From Burkholderiales bacterium (GTDB taxonomy: Bacteria > Pseudomonadota > Gammaproteobacteria > Burkholderiales > Ga0077523): DNA of 43,176 nucleotides. Shown here piece after piece: positions 20,062-29,032 of the stretch. The DNA lies in NCBI GenBank assembly GCA_044370825.1, contig JBILUV010000001.1, positions 1 through 43,176 on the forward strand, given 5' to 3'. A model generated the notes under the pieces. That model was not told the origin of the DNA. It searched no databases and was given only the letters and a program-made list of their open reading frames with translations. Position 1 is the stretch's first letter. Every line of letters begins with the position of its first letter. The position numbers were made by a program, and so were the translations under genes.

Positions 20062-20412
20062 ATGATCCGGCTGCACGGCATTCCCAACTGCGACACGGTC
20101 AAGAAGGCTCGCGCATGGCTCGATGCCAACGGGGTCGCCTACGAATTCCTGGACTTCAAGAAAACGCCGCCCACTGCGGAGTTGCTCGGCAATTGGGTTC
20201 GCAGACTCGGCGTCGAGCAACTGCTGAACCGGCGTGGGACTACCTGGCGCAAGCTGCCTCCGGAGGTTCAGGGGGAGGCTGCCAACGCTGAAGGCGCGGT
20301 CCGCCTGATGCTGGAGCACCCCTCGGCCATCCGTCGTCCTGTGGTGGAGGCGGGCGACCAGCTCTGGACCGGTTTCGACGCCGAGGATTACCGGCGCCGT
20401 CTGGAAGCCTGA
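20062..20412 (+). CDS. yffB: ArsC/Spx-family protein, YffB-like
   Basis: MIRLHGIPNCDTVKKARAWLDANGVAYEFLDFKK with the single-Cys NCDT motif and RRPV near the C-terminus, typical of the YffB subgroup. I chose the internal ATG 20062, preceded by GGAGTGGAG. Confidence 0.8.
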   Translation: MIRLHGIPNCDTVKKARAWLDANGVAYEFLDFKKTPPTAELLGNWVRRLGVEQLLNRRGTTWRKLPPEVQGEAANAEGAVRLMLEHPSAIRRPVVEAGDQLWTGFDAEDYRRRLEA

Positions 20413-20493
20413 AATCGGCGGTGGCCGCCGTGACGCGCGCTTGCGGCAGGCGCGTCTCCTTCAGGCGACGGTCCGAGGATTGAGGAGATCGAT

Positions 20494-21900
20494 GTGAAGA
20501 CAAGAGCCATTCCTTCTGCAGTGCTGATGACGGCCTGCGCGCTTGCGCAGGCGGCGCCGCCCTACCAGCGGCCGGCCGGCATCGCGGACGACAAGGAGCC
20601 TCTCGTCGTCGCTGGCTACCGCGCCATTTTCACGTGTTCCGCCCATTTCCTCATGGGCCGGCCGCTCGAGGACATCGAGCGGGTCGAACTGGTGGACGTG
20701 GCCGGGTTCGGCTACCCGGCGCCGCGCATCGATGCCGCCCGGAAGCTCGTGACGGCCAGTGATCCCTCCGGGACGGTCGTGCAGACCGCCGCCTATCGAG
20801 ACGCCATGGGATGCACGTTGCTGCCCCCGCATTGGTCGATCACGGATGTGCCGCGCCTGCCCTACGTGCATATGCCCAGCGTTCCGGATGTGTCTACGGT
20901 ACCGTTCCCCCAGGGCGACCGCGTCGACCTACCGGCCGTGGGTATCGACGCTCGCCATGGTGCCCTCGGTGCCATCCTGGAGCGCGCCTTCGACGGGCGC
21001 AGCTACGGGGAGGCGGAGGGCGTGGTGACCACCTCGGTTCTGGTGGTGCATCGTGGTCGTATCGTCGCCGAGCGCTATCGCCCGGGCTTCGGGGTGCACA
21101 GCGGCTATCGCACCTGGTCCACCGCCAAGAGCATCACCGCGGCACTGGTCGGCATCGCCGCCGGCCAGGGGCTCATCGATGCGGATGCACCCGCGGCCAT
21201 CCCCGAGTGGTCATACCCCGGGGATCCCCGGCAGAAGATCACGTATCGCCACCTGCTGTGGATGTCCAGCGGACTGTTCAGCGGTGGCGCCAATACCAAC
21301 GCTCTCTACTTCGGGGGGCAGGACGTCGTCACCACGGCGACGGGCAATCCCCTGGAAGCGGAACCCGGCAAGCGCTGGAAGTACGCCAACAACGACACGC
21401 TGCTGCTGATGCGCGCCCTGCGCCACCGGCTGGGGGACGATCTGCGCTATCTGCGGTTCCCTTACGACGAGTTGCTGCACCCCATCGGCATGCACCACAC
21501 CCGCATGGAGATCGATCACCAGGGGAATTTCATCGCCTCCAGCCAGACTTACACCACCGCGCGCGATCTCGCCCGCTTCGGGTTGCTGCTGGCCAACGAT
21601 GGTGTCTGGAACGGCAGGCGCATTCTGCCGGAGGGATGGGTGCGGTTTCTGGCGACCCCTGCGCCTGCGAAGCCGCCCGAGGTCGGGCAGTGGGGCTACG
21701 GCGCCCAGATCTGGTTGCTCGACCAGATGCCGGGCGTGCCCGCAGGAACCTTCACGACTGCAGGCAACAAGGGGCAGTACGTCACGATCGTTCCCGGCCG
21801 TGATCTCGTGATCGTGCGCACCGGCGTCGACCCTGACGGAAAACGCTTCCAGCCGCACCGGCTGGTCGCCGACCTTGCACGTGTAATGCCGGCGCAGTGA
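20494..21900 (+). CDS. Serine hydrolase, beta-lactamase/transpeptidase-like family
   Basis: Signal peptide (MKTRAIPSAVLMTACALAQA), an SxxK motif (WSTAKS) and a YxN-like YANND. GTG start preceded by GAGGAG. Confidence 0.75.
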   Translation: MKTRAIPSAVLMTACALAQAAPPYQRPAGIADDKEPLVVAGYRAIFTCSAHFLMGRPLEDIERVELVDVAGFGYPAPRIDAARKLVTASDPSGTVVQTAAYRDAMGCTLLPPHWSITDVPRLPYVHMPSVPDVSTVPFPQGDRVDLPAVGIDARHGALGAILERAFDGRSYGEAEGVVTTSVLVVHRGRIVAERYRPGFGVHSGYRTWSTAKSITAALVGIAAGQGLIDADAPAAIPEWSYPGDPRQKITYRHLLWMSSGLFSGGANTNALYFGGQDVVTTATGNPLEAEPGKRWKYANNDTLLLMRALRHRLGDDLRYLRFPYDELLHPIGMHHTRMEIDHQGNFIASSQTYTTARDLARFGLLLANDGVWNGRRILPEGWVRFLATPAPAKPPEVGQWGYGAQIWLLDQMPGVPAGTFTTAGNKGQYVTIVPGRDLVIVRTGVDPDGKRFQPHRLVADLARVMPAQ

Positions 21901-21959
21901 GCGGGACTCCGGTCCGGGGCCATCCGCCGCATCCGTCGGGTGGCACGCCGGGCCTGCGA

Positions 21960-21985
21960 CTGGCGACGTTTCCAGGCGTCGCCAG
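21960..21985 (+). terminator. Stem-loop downstream of the serine hydrolase gene (possible terminator, no U-tract)
   Basis: Perfect 9-bp stem CTGGCGACG / CGTCGCCAG with an 8-nt loop, about 60 nt after the stop at 21900. No T-run follows it. Confidence 0.3.
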
Positions 21986-22084
21986 CGTGCGAGGCAGGGC
22001 AACCGAGGGGGCCCTTGGGAGCATAATTCGGTGACGAGGAGTGCCGTCCCGCGCACGCCCCACCTCATTTGAGTGGAGCCCATC

Positions 22085-22957
22085 ATGAAAGCCTACCCAA
22101 TTGTCCGCCTCGCGCTCGCCGCAGCCCTTGCGCTGACGCCGTTGACCTCCGCCGTGGCGCGCGACCTCGTTCTCGGTCTGGTGCCAGCCGAGAACAACGA
22201 GGAGATGCTGAAGCGCTTCGAGCCGATGCGCGCCTACCTGGAGCAGAAGCTCGGCGAGAGGGTGAAGATGTTCACCGCCACCGACTACACCGGGGTCATC
22301 GAGGCCATGCGCAAAAAGCGTGTGGACATCGCTTTCTACGGCCCGATGTCCTACGTGCTGGCGGAGCAGGAAGCCGGGGCCGAGGCCTTTGCCATCGGCA
22401 TCCGGGTCGGCACCGCCTCTGCCACCTACAAGAGCGTCATCGTGGCGCGCTGCGACAGCGGCATCAAGTCGCTGAAGGATCTCAAGGGCCGTAGCGTCGC
22501 CTTCGTCGATCCTGCCTCGACCTCGGGCGGACTGGTGCCCACCTTCATGGTGAAGCGCGACACCGGACTGATGCCCCAGGCCTTCTTCGGCAAATTCACC
22601 TATGCCGGAACACACGATGCCGCCGAACTGGCGGTGAAGAACGGCACGGTGGACGCGGCGGCGGATGCGGACGTCACCTATGAGCGCATGGTCGCGAAGG
22701 GACTCATCAGCCGCGACACCAACTGCATCATTGCGGAGTCCGCTCCCATACCCGGGCCTCCGCTGGCTTTTCGCGGCGACCTCGCCCCGGAGCTGAAGAA
22801 GAAGATCACCGAGGCCATCCTGTCGGCGCACAAGGAGATCGACATCTCCGGCTACGTGCCGCTCAGCCGCTACGTCGCAGCCTCAGGGGCGGACTATGCA
22901 GGCATCAAGGAAATGGCGAGATCCCTCGGGCTCACCAAGGAGCAGATGCTGAAGTGA
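22085..22957 (+). CDS. phnD: Phosphonate/phosphite ABC transporter substrate-binding protein (PhnD family)
   Basis: Signal peptide, then a PhnD-like pattern (LVLGLVPAENNEEMLKRFEPMRAYLEQKLG, DIAFYGPMSYV, FVDPASTSGGLVP). phnC and phnE genes follow. Confidence 0.88.
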   Translation: MKAYPIVRLALAAALALTPLTSAVARDLVLGLVPAENNEEMLKRFEPMRAYLEQKLGERVKMFTATDYTGVIEAMRKKRVDIAFYGPMSYVLAEQEAGAEAFAIGIRVGTASATYKSVIVARCDSGIKSLKDLKGRSVAFVDPASTSGGLVPTFMVKRDTGLMPQAFFGKFTYAGTHDAAELAVKNGTVDAAADADVTYERMVAKGLISRDTNCIIAESAPIPGPPLAFRGDLAPELKKKITEAILSAHKEIDISGYVPLSRYVAASGADYAGIKEMARSLGLTKEQMLK

Positions 22958-22967
22958 ACGGCACGCG

Positions 22968-23762
22968 ATGGCCATGGCGGCGGTCGAACTGCGCGGCCTG
23001 AGCAAGCGTTACCCGAATGGCCTGCTGGCCCTGGAGCCGCTCGATCTGGACATCGAGGCAGGCTCCTTCGTCGCGGTCATCGGGTCGTCCGGGGCGGGCA
23101 AGTCCACCCTGATCCGTCTGATCAACGGCCTCGAGTCGGCTACGTCGGGTTCAGTGACGGTGGACGGTATCCGACTGCGGGCCAATACGCTGCGCCGCAT
23201 CCGTTCCCGCGTCGGGATGGTGTTCCAACAGTTCAATCTCGTCGGGCGGCTTTCGGTCGTCACGAACGTTCTCACCGGCCGCCTCGCGCAGCGCTCCACC
23301 GTTGCAAGCCTGTTCCATCTGTTCCGCCGGGAAGACCTGGAGATCGCCCACTCAGTGCTGGAGCGCGTCGGCCTGGTCGAGAAGGCCTGGGAGCGGGCCG
23401 ACCGGCTGTCTGGTGGGCAGCAGCAGCGCGTCGGAGCCGCTCGTGCCCTGGCGCAGCAGCCGCGGCTGATCCTGGCCGATGAGCCTGTTGCCAGCCTCGA
23501 TCCGGTCACTGCCATCGAGATCATGGACCTGCTGCAGGACATCAACCGGCGCGATGGCATCACGCTGGTCGTGAGCCTGCATCAGGTCGATCTGGTACGG
23601 CGCTACGCGGGGCGCGTCCTCGGCCTGCATTCCGGTCGACTGGTTTACGACGGTCCGGCGAGTGGGCTCACCGAGGCCTTGCTCCGGGACATCTACCAGC
23701 GCCCGTCACCGGTGGGCCAGACCGTGGAGGCGATGCGTGGCCCTGCGCTTTCCGACACTTGA
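22968..23762 (+). CDS. phnC: Phosphonate ABC transporter ATP-binding protein
   Basis: Walker A GSSGAGKST, signature LSGGQQQRV, Walker B LILADEP, and a PhnC-like N-terminus (LSKRYPNG). Confidence 0.9.
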   Translation: MAMAAVELRGLSKRYPNGLLALEPLDLDIEAGSFVAVIGSSGAGKSTLIRLINGLESATSGSVTVDGIRLRANTLRRIRSRVGMVFQQFNLVGRLSVVTNVLTGRLAQRSTVASLFHLFRREDLEIAHSVLERVGLVEKAWERADRLSGGQQQRVGAARALAQQPRLILADEPVASLDPVTAIEIMDLLQDINRRDGITLVVSLHQVDLVRRYAGRVLGLHSGRLVYDGPASGLTEALLRDIYQRPSPVGQTVEAMRGPALSDT

Positions 23763-24531
23763 CGGGCTGCCGCCGCGACCGTTGGTGCGGGTGGTGCTGA
23801 TCGTCGTCGGTCTGCTGATCGCGAGCGCACCCCTGGTGGAATTGAATCCGCGATCCCTGGCCGGCGCAGGGACACGGATGCTGGAGTTCCTGGGCCACCT
23901 CTGGGTCGCGCCCGACTGGTCCTACCTGCCCGATCTCGGGCAGCGCATGGTGGAGACCATCGAGATGGCTGTCATCGCAACCGCCATCGCGCTGGTGCTG
24001 TCGCTGCCGCTCGCGGTGCTGTCGGCGCGCACCGTGAGTCCGCACCCGCTCGTGTTCGCTCTGGGCCGCGGCCTGCTTTCGTTGATCCGCGCCCTGCCGG
24101 AGCTGGTGTGGGCGCTGGTGTTCGTGTCAGCAGTCGGGCTCGGTCCACTTCCGGGCATCCTCGCGCTCGCCGTTGTCACGGTCGGTTTCATGGGCAAGGT
24201 CTTCGCCGAGGCCATCGAAGTGGTCGATCCGCGGCCGGTGGAGGGCGTTGCAGCCCATGGGGCGCGGCGGTGGCAGGTGCTCGGTTTCGCAGTCCTGCCC
24301 CAGGCTCTCCCCGATCTGCTGGGGTCCACGCTGTACGTCCTGGACCACAATGTCCGTGCTGCAGCCATACTCGGGCTGGTCGGTGCCGGCGGCATCGGCT
24401 ACGACATGGTGATGGCCATGCGCCTGTTCGAGTATGACCGGCTGGTGCTCATCGGGGCGGCCATCTGGCTGTGCGTGACGCTGCTCGATCGGGCGTCCCA
24501 TCGCCTGCGTGCCCGGGTGATCGATGGCTGA
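23737..24531 (+). CDS. phnE: Phosphonate ABC transporter permease (PhnE), copy 1
   Basis: Polytopic ORF with the PhnE-like motif (RALPELVWALVFVSAVGLGPLPGILALAV). The start is uncertain. I chose GTG 23737, preceded by GGAGG, over the ORF-track ATG 23662, which overlaps phnC by about 100 nt. Confidence 0.8.
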   Translation: MALRFPTLDGLPPRPLVRVVLIVVGLLIASAPLVELNPRSLAGAGTRMLEFLGHLWVAPDWSYLPDLGQRMVETIEMAVIATAIALVLSLPLAVLSARTVSPHPLVFALGRGLLSLIRALPELVWALVFVSAVGLGPLPGILALAVVTVGFMGKVFAEAIEVVDPRPVEGVAAHGARRWQVLGFAVLPQALPDLLGSTLYVLDHNVRAAAILGLVGAGGIGYDMVMAMRLFEYDRLVLIGAAIWLCVTLLDRASHRLRARVIDG

Positions 24532-25306
24532 GCGGTCACAGCTTCCACCGCGGCCGCGCAGCTGGCTGCCGGCCTGGACTGCGGTTGCGCTGGCCCTGCT
24601 CTACGCGGCGGGCCACGACCTGGAACTGTCGTTCGAGGATCTCGCCTACGGCCTCGAAGACATGATCGAGTACTTCGGTCGTTACGGCGCACCGGACTTC
24701 GCCGGAGTGCCGGGAATGCTCACGCTCATGATGCAGACCATGGCGACCGCTCTCTGGGGAACAGTGCTGGCACTCGTCCTGGGAGGACTGCTCGCGCCCC
24801 TGGCCGCGCGCAACCTGTCGCCCCGTCGGTGGACTTATCTGGCCGTGCGTGAGGTGCTGAACCTTATGCGGGCGATGCCGGACCTGCTGCTTGCCCTGGT
24901 TTTCGTGGCCGCCTTTGGGCTGGGGCCCCTCCCCGGGGTGCTTGCACTCGGTGTGCACACTGCCGGATTCATGGGGAAGTTCTGCGCCGAGAGCATGGAG
25001 CGCGTGGAACCCGGGATCTACGAGGCGCTCGCCGCCACGGGCGCCACGCTGCCGCAGCGCATCATGTATGCCGCGTGGCCGTCGGTGCTGCGCGAAGCCG
25101 CCGGCTACGTCCTGATCATCCTCGATCGCAATGTGCGCATGGCTTCGGTGCTCGGCCTCGTGGGGGCCGGCGGAATCGGCCTGGCATTGCACGACACGCT
25201 ACGCCTGTTCGACTACAGCCGCTCCTCCGCCCTGATCCTGGTCATGCTCGTCACCATCGTCGGCATCGACGCGCTGTCCTCTTCGCTGCGGCGTCGCCTC
25301 GGGTGA
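24524..25306 (+). CDS. phnE: Phosphonate ABC transporter permease (PhnE), copy 2
   Basis: Paralogous motif (RAMPDLLLALVFVAAFGLGPLPGVLALGV). Its start overlaps the phnE1 stop by 8 nt. Confidence 0.85.
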   Translation: MAERSQLPPRPRSWLPAWTAVALALLYAAGHDLELSFEDLAYGLEDMIEYFGRYGAPDFAGVPGMLTLMMQTMATALWGTVLALVLGGLLAPLAARNLSPRRWTYLAVREVLNLMRAMPDLLLALVFVAAFGLGPLPGVLALGVHTAGFMGKFCAESMERVEPGIYEALAATGATLPQRIMYAAWPSVLREAAGYVLIILDRNVRMASVLGLVGAGGIGLALHDTLRLFDYSRSSALILVMLVTIVGIDALSSSLRRRLG

Positions 25307-26469
25307 CTTACGTGACGCCGGAGCGGCAGCAGCTGGTGCACGCCCGGGTGGTGCTTGCCGACGGGGTGTTTGATGACGCCGATGTTCTCCTGGAGGGCGG
25401 CCGTGTGCTGGCGATGGGCGCCGACGCCGGCGCAGCGGCGATGGTGACCGACCTGAGAGGACACTGGTTGCTCCCGGGGCTCGTAGACCTTCATTGCGAT
25501 GCGCTGGAAAAGGAGCTGGAGCCGCGGCCGGGCGTGTTCTTCGGAGAGGGCTTCGCGGTCGCCAACGCCGACAAGCGCAACGCCGCAGCCGGGATCACGA
25601 CAGTCCATCACGCCATTTCCTTCGCTCACGATGAACTCGGCGTGCGCAATGTCCGGCTGGCTGCGAGCCTTGCCCTTGCGCTGCACCGTTTCCAGACCCA
25701 TGCGCTGGTAAACAACCGTGTGCACGCGCGCTACGAGATCACGGATCCCGCGGGCGAGCCCGTGCTGCGCGAGTTGCTGAGCGCGGGCGTCGTGGACCTG
25801 CTCTCCTTCATGGACCACTCACCGGGGCAGGGACAATTCCGGACGCCCGAGGCTTATCGGGACTACGTGATGCGGACCTATCACTGCAGCGCGGCGGAGG
25901 CGGCGCGCATGGCGGACGCAAAGCGGGGACAACGCGAACCGGCCCGGGACCGTGCGCTGGCGCTGTGGGGACTCGCACGCGCCGCCGGCGTGAGGCTGGC
26001 GAGCCATGATGATGACAGCGCTGGGCGGGTGGCCACCATGGCCGCCATGGGCGCGAGCATTGCCGAGTTCCCGGTCAACGTGGAAGCAGCGACCGCCGCG
26101 CGTGCCGCTGGTCTTGTCACGGTTTTCGGAGCTCCCAACATCCTGCGCGGCGGCAGCCAGTCCGGCAACATGCGCGCCCTGGCGGCGGTGCAACAGGGTC
26201 TGGCAGACTGCCTGTGCGCGGACTACGCACCGGCCGCCATGTTGGCCGCCGCCTTTCGTCTGCCGGCGGTCTCGGCGCTCTCGCTGCCTGAGGCAGTCCG
26301 GATGGTCACCCGCGCGCCTGCCCTCGCGGCGGGTCTGGAAGATCGCGGGCAGATCGCCCCGGGCCTGAGGGCCGACCTCATCGCTGTCCGTGAGGTGGAC
26401 GGACTGCCCCAGGTGACCCATGTCTGGCGCGCGGGCACACTCGTGTACCGCGCAGGGTATCCGGCCTGA
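25303..26469 (+). CDS. phnM: PhnM-like amidohydrolase (alpha-D-ribose 1-methylphosphonate 5-triphosphate diphosphatase family)
   Basis: Resembles E. coli PhnM along its length (WLLPGLVDLHCDALEKE, SFMDHSPGQGQFR, LASHDDD, IAEFPV, GAPNILRGGSQSGN, DYAPAAML). GTG 25303 overlaps the phnE2 stop (GTGA). Confidence 0.82.
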   Translation: MTYVTPERQQLVHARVVLADGVFDDADVLLEGGRVLAMGADAGAAAMVTDLRGHWLLPGLVDLHCDALEKELEPRPGVFFGEGFAVANADKRNAAAGITTVHHAISFAHDELGVRNVRLAASLALALHRFQTHALVNNRVHARYEITDPAGEPVLRELLSAGVVDLLSFMDHSPGQGQFRTPEAYRDYVMRTYHCSAAEAARMADAKRGQREPARDRALALWGLARAAGVRLASHDDDSAGRVATMAAMGASIAEFPVNVEAATAARAAGLVTVFGAPNILRGGSQSGNMRALAAVQQGLADCLCADYAPAAMLAAAFRLPAVSALSLPEAVRMVTRAPALAAGLEDRGQIAPGLRADLIAVREVDGLPQVTHVWRAGTLVYRAGYPA

Positions 26470-26505
26470 TGCAGCGACGCGAAGCCGGCGCCCCATGCCG
26501 GGCTC

Positions 26506-28236
26506 TCAGTGGATCTCGGGTTCCGGCGTAGCCTGTGTTCCTTCGAGGAAGTCGAAATCGCATCCCTCGTTGGCCTGGGACACGTGGCGGCTGAACAGCA
26601 TGCCGAAGCCGCGGGCGAAGCGCGGGGGGGCGGGTGTCCAGGCCGACCGGCGGGCCGCCATCTCTGCTTCCGGGATCTGCAGGTCCAGACGGCGCGCCGG
26701 CACATCCAGCTTCACCAGATCGCCGGTGCGCACCAGCGCCAGCGGACCGCCGATCCAGGACTCCGGCGCCACGTGCAGCACGCAGGTGCCGTAGCTCGTC
26801 CCGCTCATGCGCGCGTCCGAGATCCGGACCATGTCCCGAACACCGGCCTTGAGCAGTTTCTTCGGTATGGGCAGCATGCCCCACTCGGGCATGCCGGGTC
26901 CGCCCAGGGGGCCGGCATTGCGAAGGATCAGCACCGAGTCGGCGTCGACGTCGAGATCCGGGTCGTCGATACGGGCAGCCATGTCGTTGTAGTCTTCGAA
27001 CACCAAAGCACGACCGGTGTGCTGCAGCAGCCGCGGGTCGGCCGCGTTGGCCTTGATGACGGCCCCGTCGGGCGCCAGATTGCCCCGCAGCACGACCAGC
27101 CCGCCATCCGGACGGATGGGGTCGGCGGGGGTGCGGATGACGTCGCTGTCGTGGATCTTCGCGCCGGAGATGTTCTCGCCCAGCGTCAGGCCGGTGCAGG
27201 TGAGTTCATCCACGTCGAGGAGCTCGCGCATGCCCTCCAGCAACCCCACCAGTCCGCCGGCGTAGTAGAAGTCCTCCATGAGGTACTTGCCGGCGGGTCG
27301 CATGTTCACCAGGTAGGGGGTGCGGCTTCCGATCTGCTCGAAGCGGTCGAGGGGCAGGTCGATGCCGGCGCGTCTGGCCATGGCGATGACGTGTATCAGC
27401 GCGTTGGTCGATCCGCCCAGCGCCATCAGGACCTTGATGGCATTGTCCACCGAGCGCGGCGTGATGATGTCGCGCGGCTTGAGGTCTTCCCAGACCATCT
27501 CCACGATGCGCCGGCCGCTGTGCGAAGCCATGCGCGGATGGTTCGAGTCCGGCGCGGGAATGGCGGCCGCGTTGGGCAGGCTGAAGCCCAGGGTTTCGAT
27601 GATGCTGGTCATGGTGGAGGCCGTGCCCATGGTCATGCAGGTCCCGGGCGATCGTGCGATGCCTTCCTCGATTTCCTTCCAGTCCCGGGGTGTGATGTTG
27701 CCGGCACGCAGTTCGTCCCAGTACTTCCACACATCCGAACCCGAACCGAGGGTACGCCCTGCCCAGCGTCCGGTCAGCATCGGTCCGGCGGGAACGAAGA
27801 TGGCCGGGAGGTTCATGCTGATCGCCCCCATCATCAGTGCCGGTCCGGTCTTGTCGCAGCCGCCCATGAGGACGCAGCCATCCACCGGATAGCTGCGCAA
27901 CAACTCCTCGGTCTCCATGGCGAGGAAGTTCCGGTACATCATGGTGGTGGGTTTCTGCAGAACCTCCGCCAGGGTCATGGCCGGCATCTCGAGCGGGAAA
28001 CCGCCGGCCTGCCAGACGCCGCGCTTGACGTCCTCCACCCGCTCGCGGAAGTGCGAGTGGCAGTGGCTGACGTCGCTCCAGGTGTTGACGATGGCGATCA
28101 CCGGCTTGCCCTTGTAGTCCTCATGGGAGTAGCCCATCTGCAGGGTGCGCGAGCGGTGGCCGAAGCTGCGCAGGTCCTGCGGGCCGTACCAGCGGTGGGA
28201 GCGCAGCTGCTCTGGGGTCGTCCTTTTGTTCGTCAT
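26506..28236 (-). CDS. IlvD/Edd family dehydratase (sugar-acid dehydratase-like)
   Basis: Family motifs [25 protein letters not shown] and [18 protein letters not shown]. The N-terminus (LRSHRWYG) resembles the arabonate/xylonate dehydratase subgroup more than canonical IlvD. ATG 28236 is preceded by GGAGG. Confidence 0.85.
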   Translation of the reverse strand: MTNKRTTPEQLRSHRWYGPQDLRSFGHRSRTLQMGYSHEDYKGKPVIAIVNTWSDVSHCHSHFRERVEDVKRGVWQAGGFPLEMPAMTLAEVLQKPTTMMYRNFLAMETEELLRSYPVDGCVLMGGCDKTGPALMMGAISMNLPAIFVPAGPMLTGRWAGRTLGSGSDVWKYWDELRAGNITPRDWKEIEEGIARSPGTCMTMGTASTMTSIIETLGFSLPNAAAIPAPDSNHPRMASHSGRRIVEMVWEDLKPRDIITPRSVDNAIKVLMALGGSTNALIHVIAMARRAGIDLPLDRFEQIGSRTPYLVNMRPAGKYLMEDFYYAGGLVGLLEGMRELLDVDELTCTGLTLGENISGAKIHDSDVIRTPADPIRPDGGLVVLRGNLAPDGAVIKANAADPRLLQHTGRALVFEDYNDMAARIDDPDLDVDADSVLILRNAGPLGGPGMPEWGMLPIPKKLLKAGVRDMVRISDARMSGTSYGTCVLHVAPESWIGGPLALVRTGDLVKLDVPARRLDLQIPEAEMAARRSAWTPAPPRFARGFGMLFSRHVSQANEGCDFDFLEGTQATPEPEIH

Positions 28237-28286
28237 CAGGGTCCTCCGGGTGTCGCGTCGAATTATGGCGCGCCCGGCGGGCGCCC

Positions 28287-28318
28287 GAAAAAGAAATGGC
28301 GGCCCGGAGGCCGCCATT
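28287..28318 (-). terminator. Rho-independent terminator of hpf
   Basis: On the minus strand: AATGGCGGCC-TCCG-GGCCGCCATT followed by TCTTTTTC, about 20 nt after the hpf stop. A second GC hairpin (GCGCCC-GGC-GGGCGC) lies at 28270-28284. Confidence 0.8.
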
Positions 28319-28338
28319 CACCAGTGATGGACAGGCGC

Positions 28339-28725
28339 TCAGGCGCCTTCGTCCGAGGCCTCGGACGCGAGCAGTTCGGCAGCCATGGCGCGTCCTCCGA
28401 GCTGGTGTTTCACGCTGCTACGAACTTTCTGATGGTGTTCCTCGAGTTGGCGCTTGGCCGCGTCGAAGGCGTCGCGCAAGGCGACGTAGGCATCCTCGTG
28501 CTCGTGGTGGTTGACCACGATCTCGGTGCCAGGGACCCTGAGGTCGAGGTTGACCCGGAAGTTCCTGCCCTGATGCTTGTGCTTGTGGGGTAGTTCGACT
28601 TTCACGTGGCAGGCCATGATCGGCGAGAACAGCGACTCCAGCTTCGCCGCCTTTTCACGGATGTGCGCCTCCATGGCGTCGGAATGGGGCACGTCGTGGA
28701 AAGTGATCTGCAGCGGAGTTTGCAT
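28339..28725 (-). CDS. hpf: Ribosome hibernation promoting factor / RaiA family protein (short form)
   Basis: MQTPLQITFHDVPHSDAMEAHIREKAAKLE...HEDAYVALRDAFDAAKRQLEEH matches the HPF/YfiA fold pattern. ATG 28725 is preceded by GGAGGG. Confidence 0.85.
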   Translation of the reverse strand: MQTPLQITFHDVPHSDAMEAHIREKAAKLESLFSPIMACHVKVELPHKHKHQGRNFRVNLDLRVPGTEIVVNHHEHEDAYVALRDAFDAAKRQLEEHHQKVRSSVKHQLGGRAMAAELLASEASDEGA

Positions 28726-29032
28726 GCGTTTTCCCTCCATCAATCGAGCTAGAAAACGGGAGGCGATCCAGCCCTCCCTGGTCTGTCGTGCTGCCGGGCG
28801 GGGGGTTCCTGGCCGGTCCCCGCCCACGCCCTCGGCGGGCGATGGGTTGCACCTCCTGGCAATGCCGACACTATTGACTTCGACCACCGGGCCGCAAACC
28901 TGAGGCTTCGCGGTCCCGGGGTGGCAGGCGGGAGGTCCGTGACCATCCCTGAATCACCACAATCCTATGATGCGCCGCCCTGCCGGCCCGGACAACCCTG
29001 GGCGGGGCGGGCCCACGGCCCTCCGGAAGGGC

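Noticed and set aside
21941-21957. TGGCAC sequences resembling the sigma-54 -24 element, at 21941 (upstream of phnD), 31103 (plus strand, inside the GH57 upstream region) and 32344.
   Set aside because: None has a TTGC/TGC -12 element at the required spacing (GG to GC offset is wrong by 1-2 nt or the element is absent). The 31103 and 32344 examples have no appropriately placed downstream gene on that strand.
22085-26469. Calling the phn block a C-P lyase phosphonate degradation operon.
   Set aside because: Only transport genes (phnD, phnC, two phnE) and a phnM-like gene are present. The catalytic core, phnG-L with phnJ, is not in this window, so only transport plus an amidohydrolase can be claimed.
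28726-29032. The 307-nt non-coding gap upstream of hpf, considered as a possible sRNA, riboswitch or sigma-54 promoter (TGGCAA/TTGCAC-like strings near 28850-28870).
   Set aside because: The spacing and order of the GG/GC elements do not fit sigma-54. I could identify only a weak sigma-70-like pair (TTGCGG-N18-TAGTGT on the minus strand). I recognised no conserved structured-RNA motif, so there is not enough evidence to call a feature.
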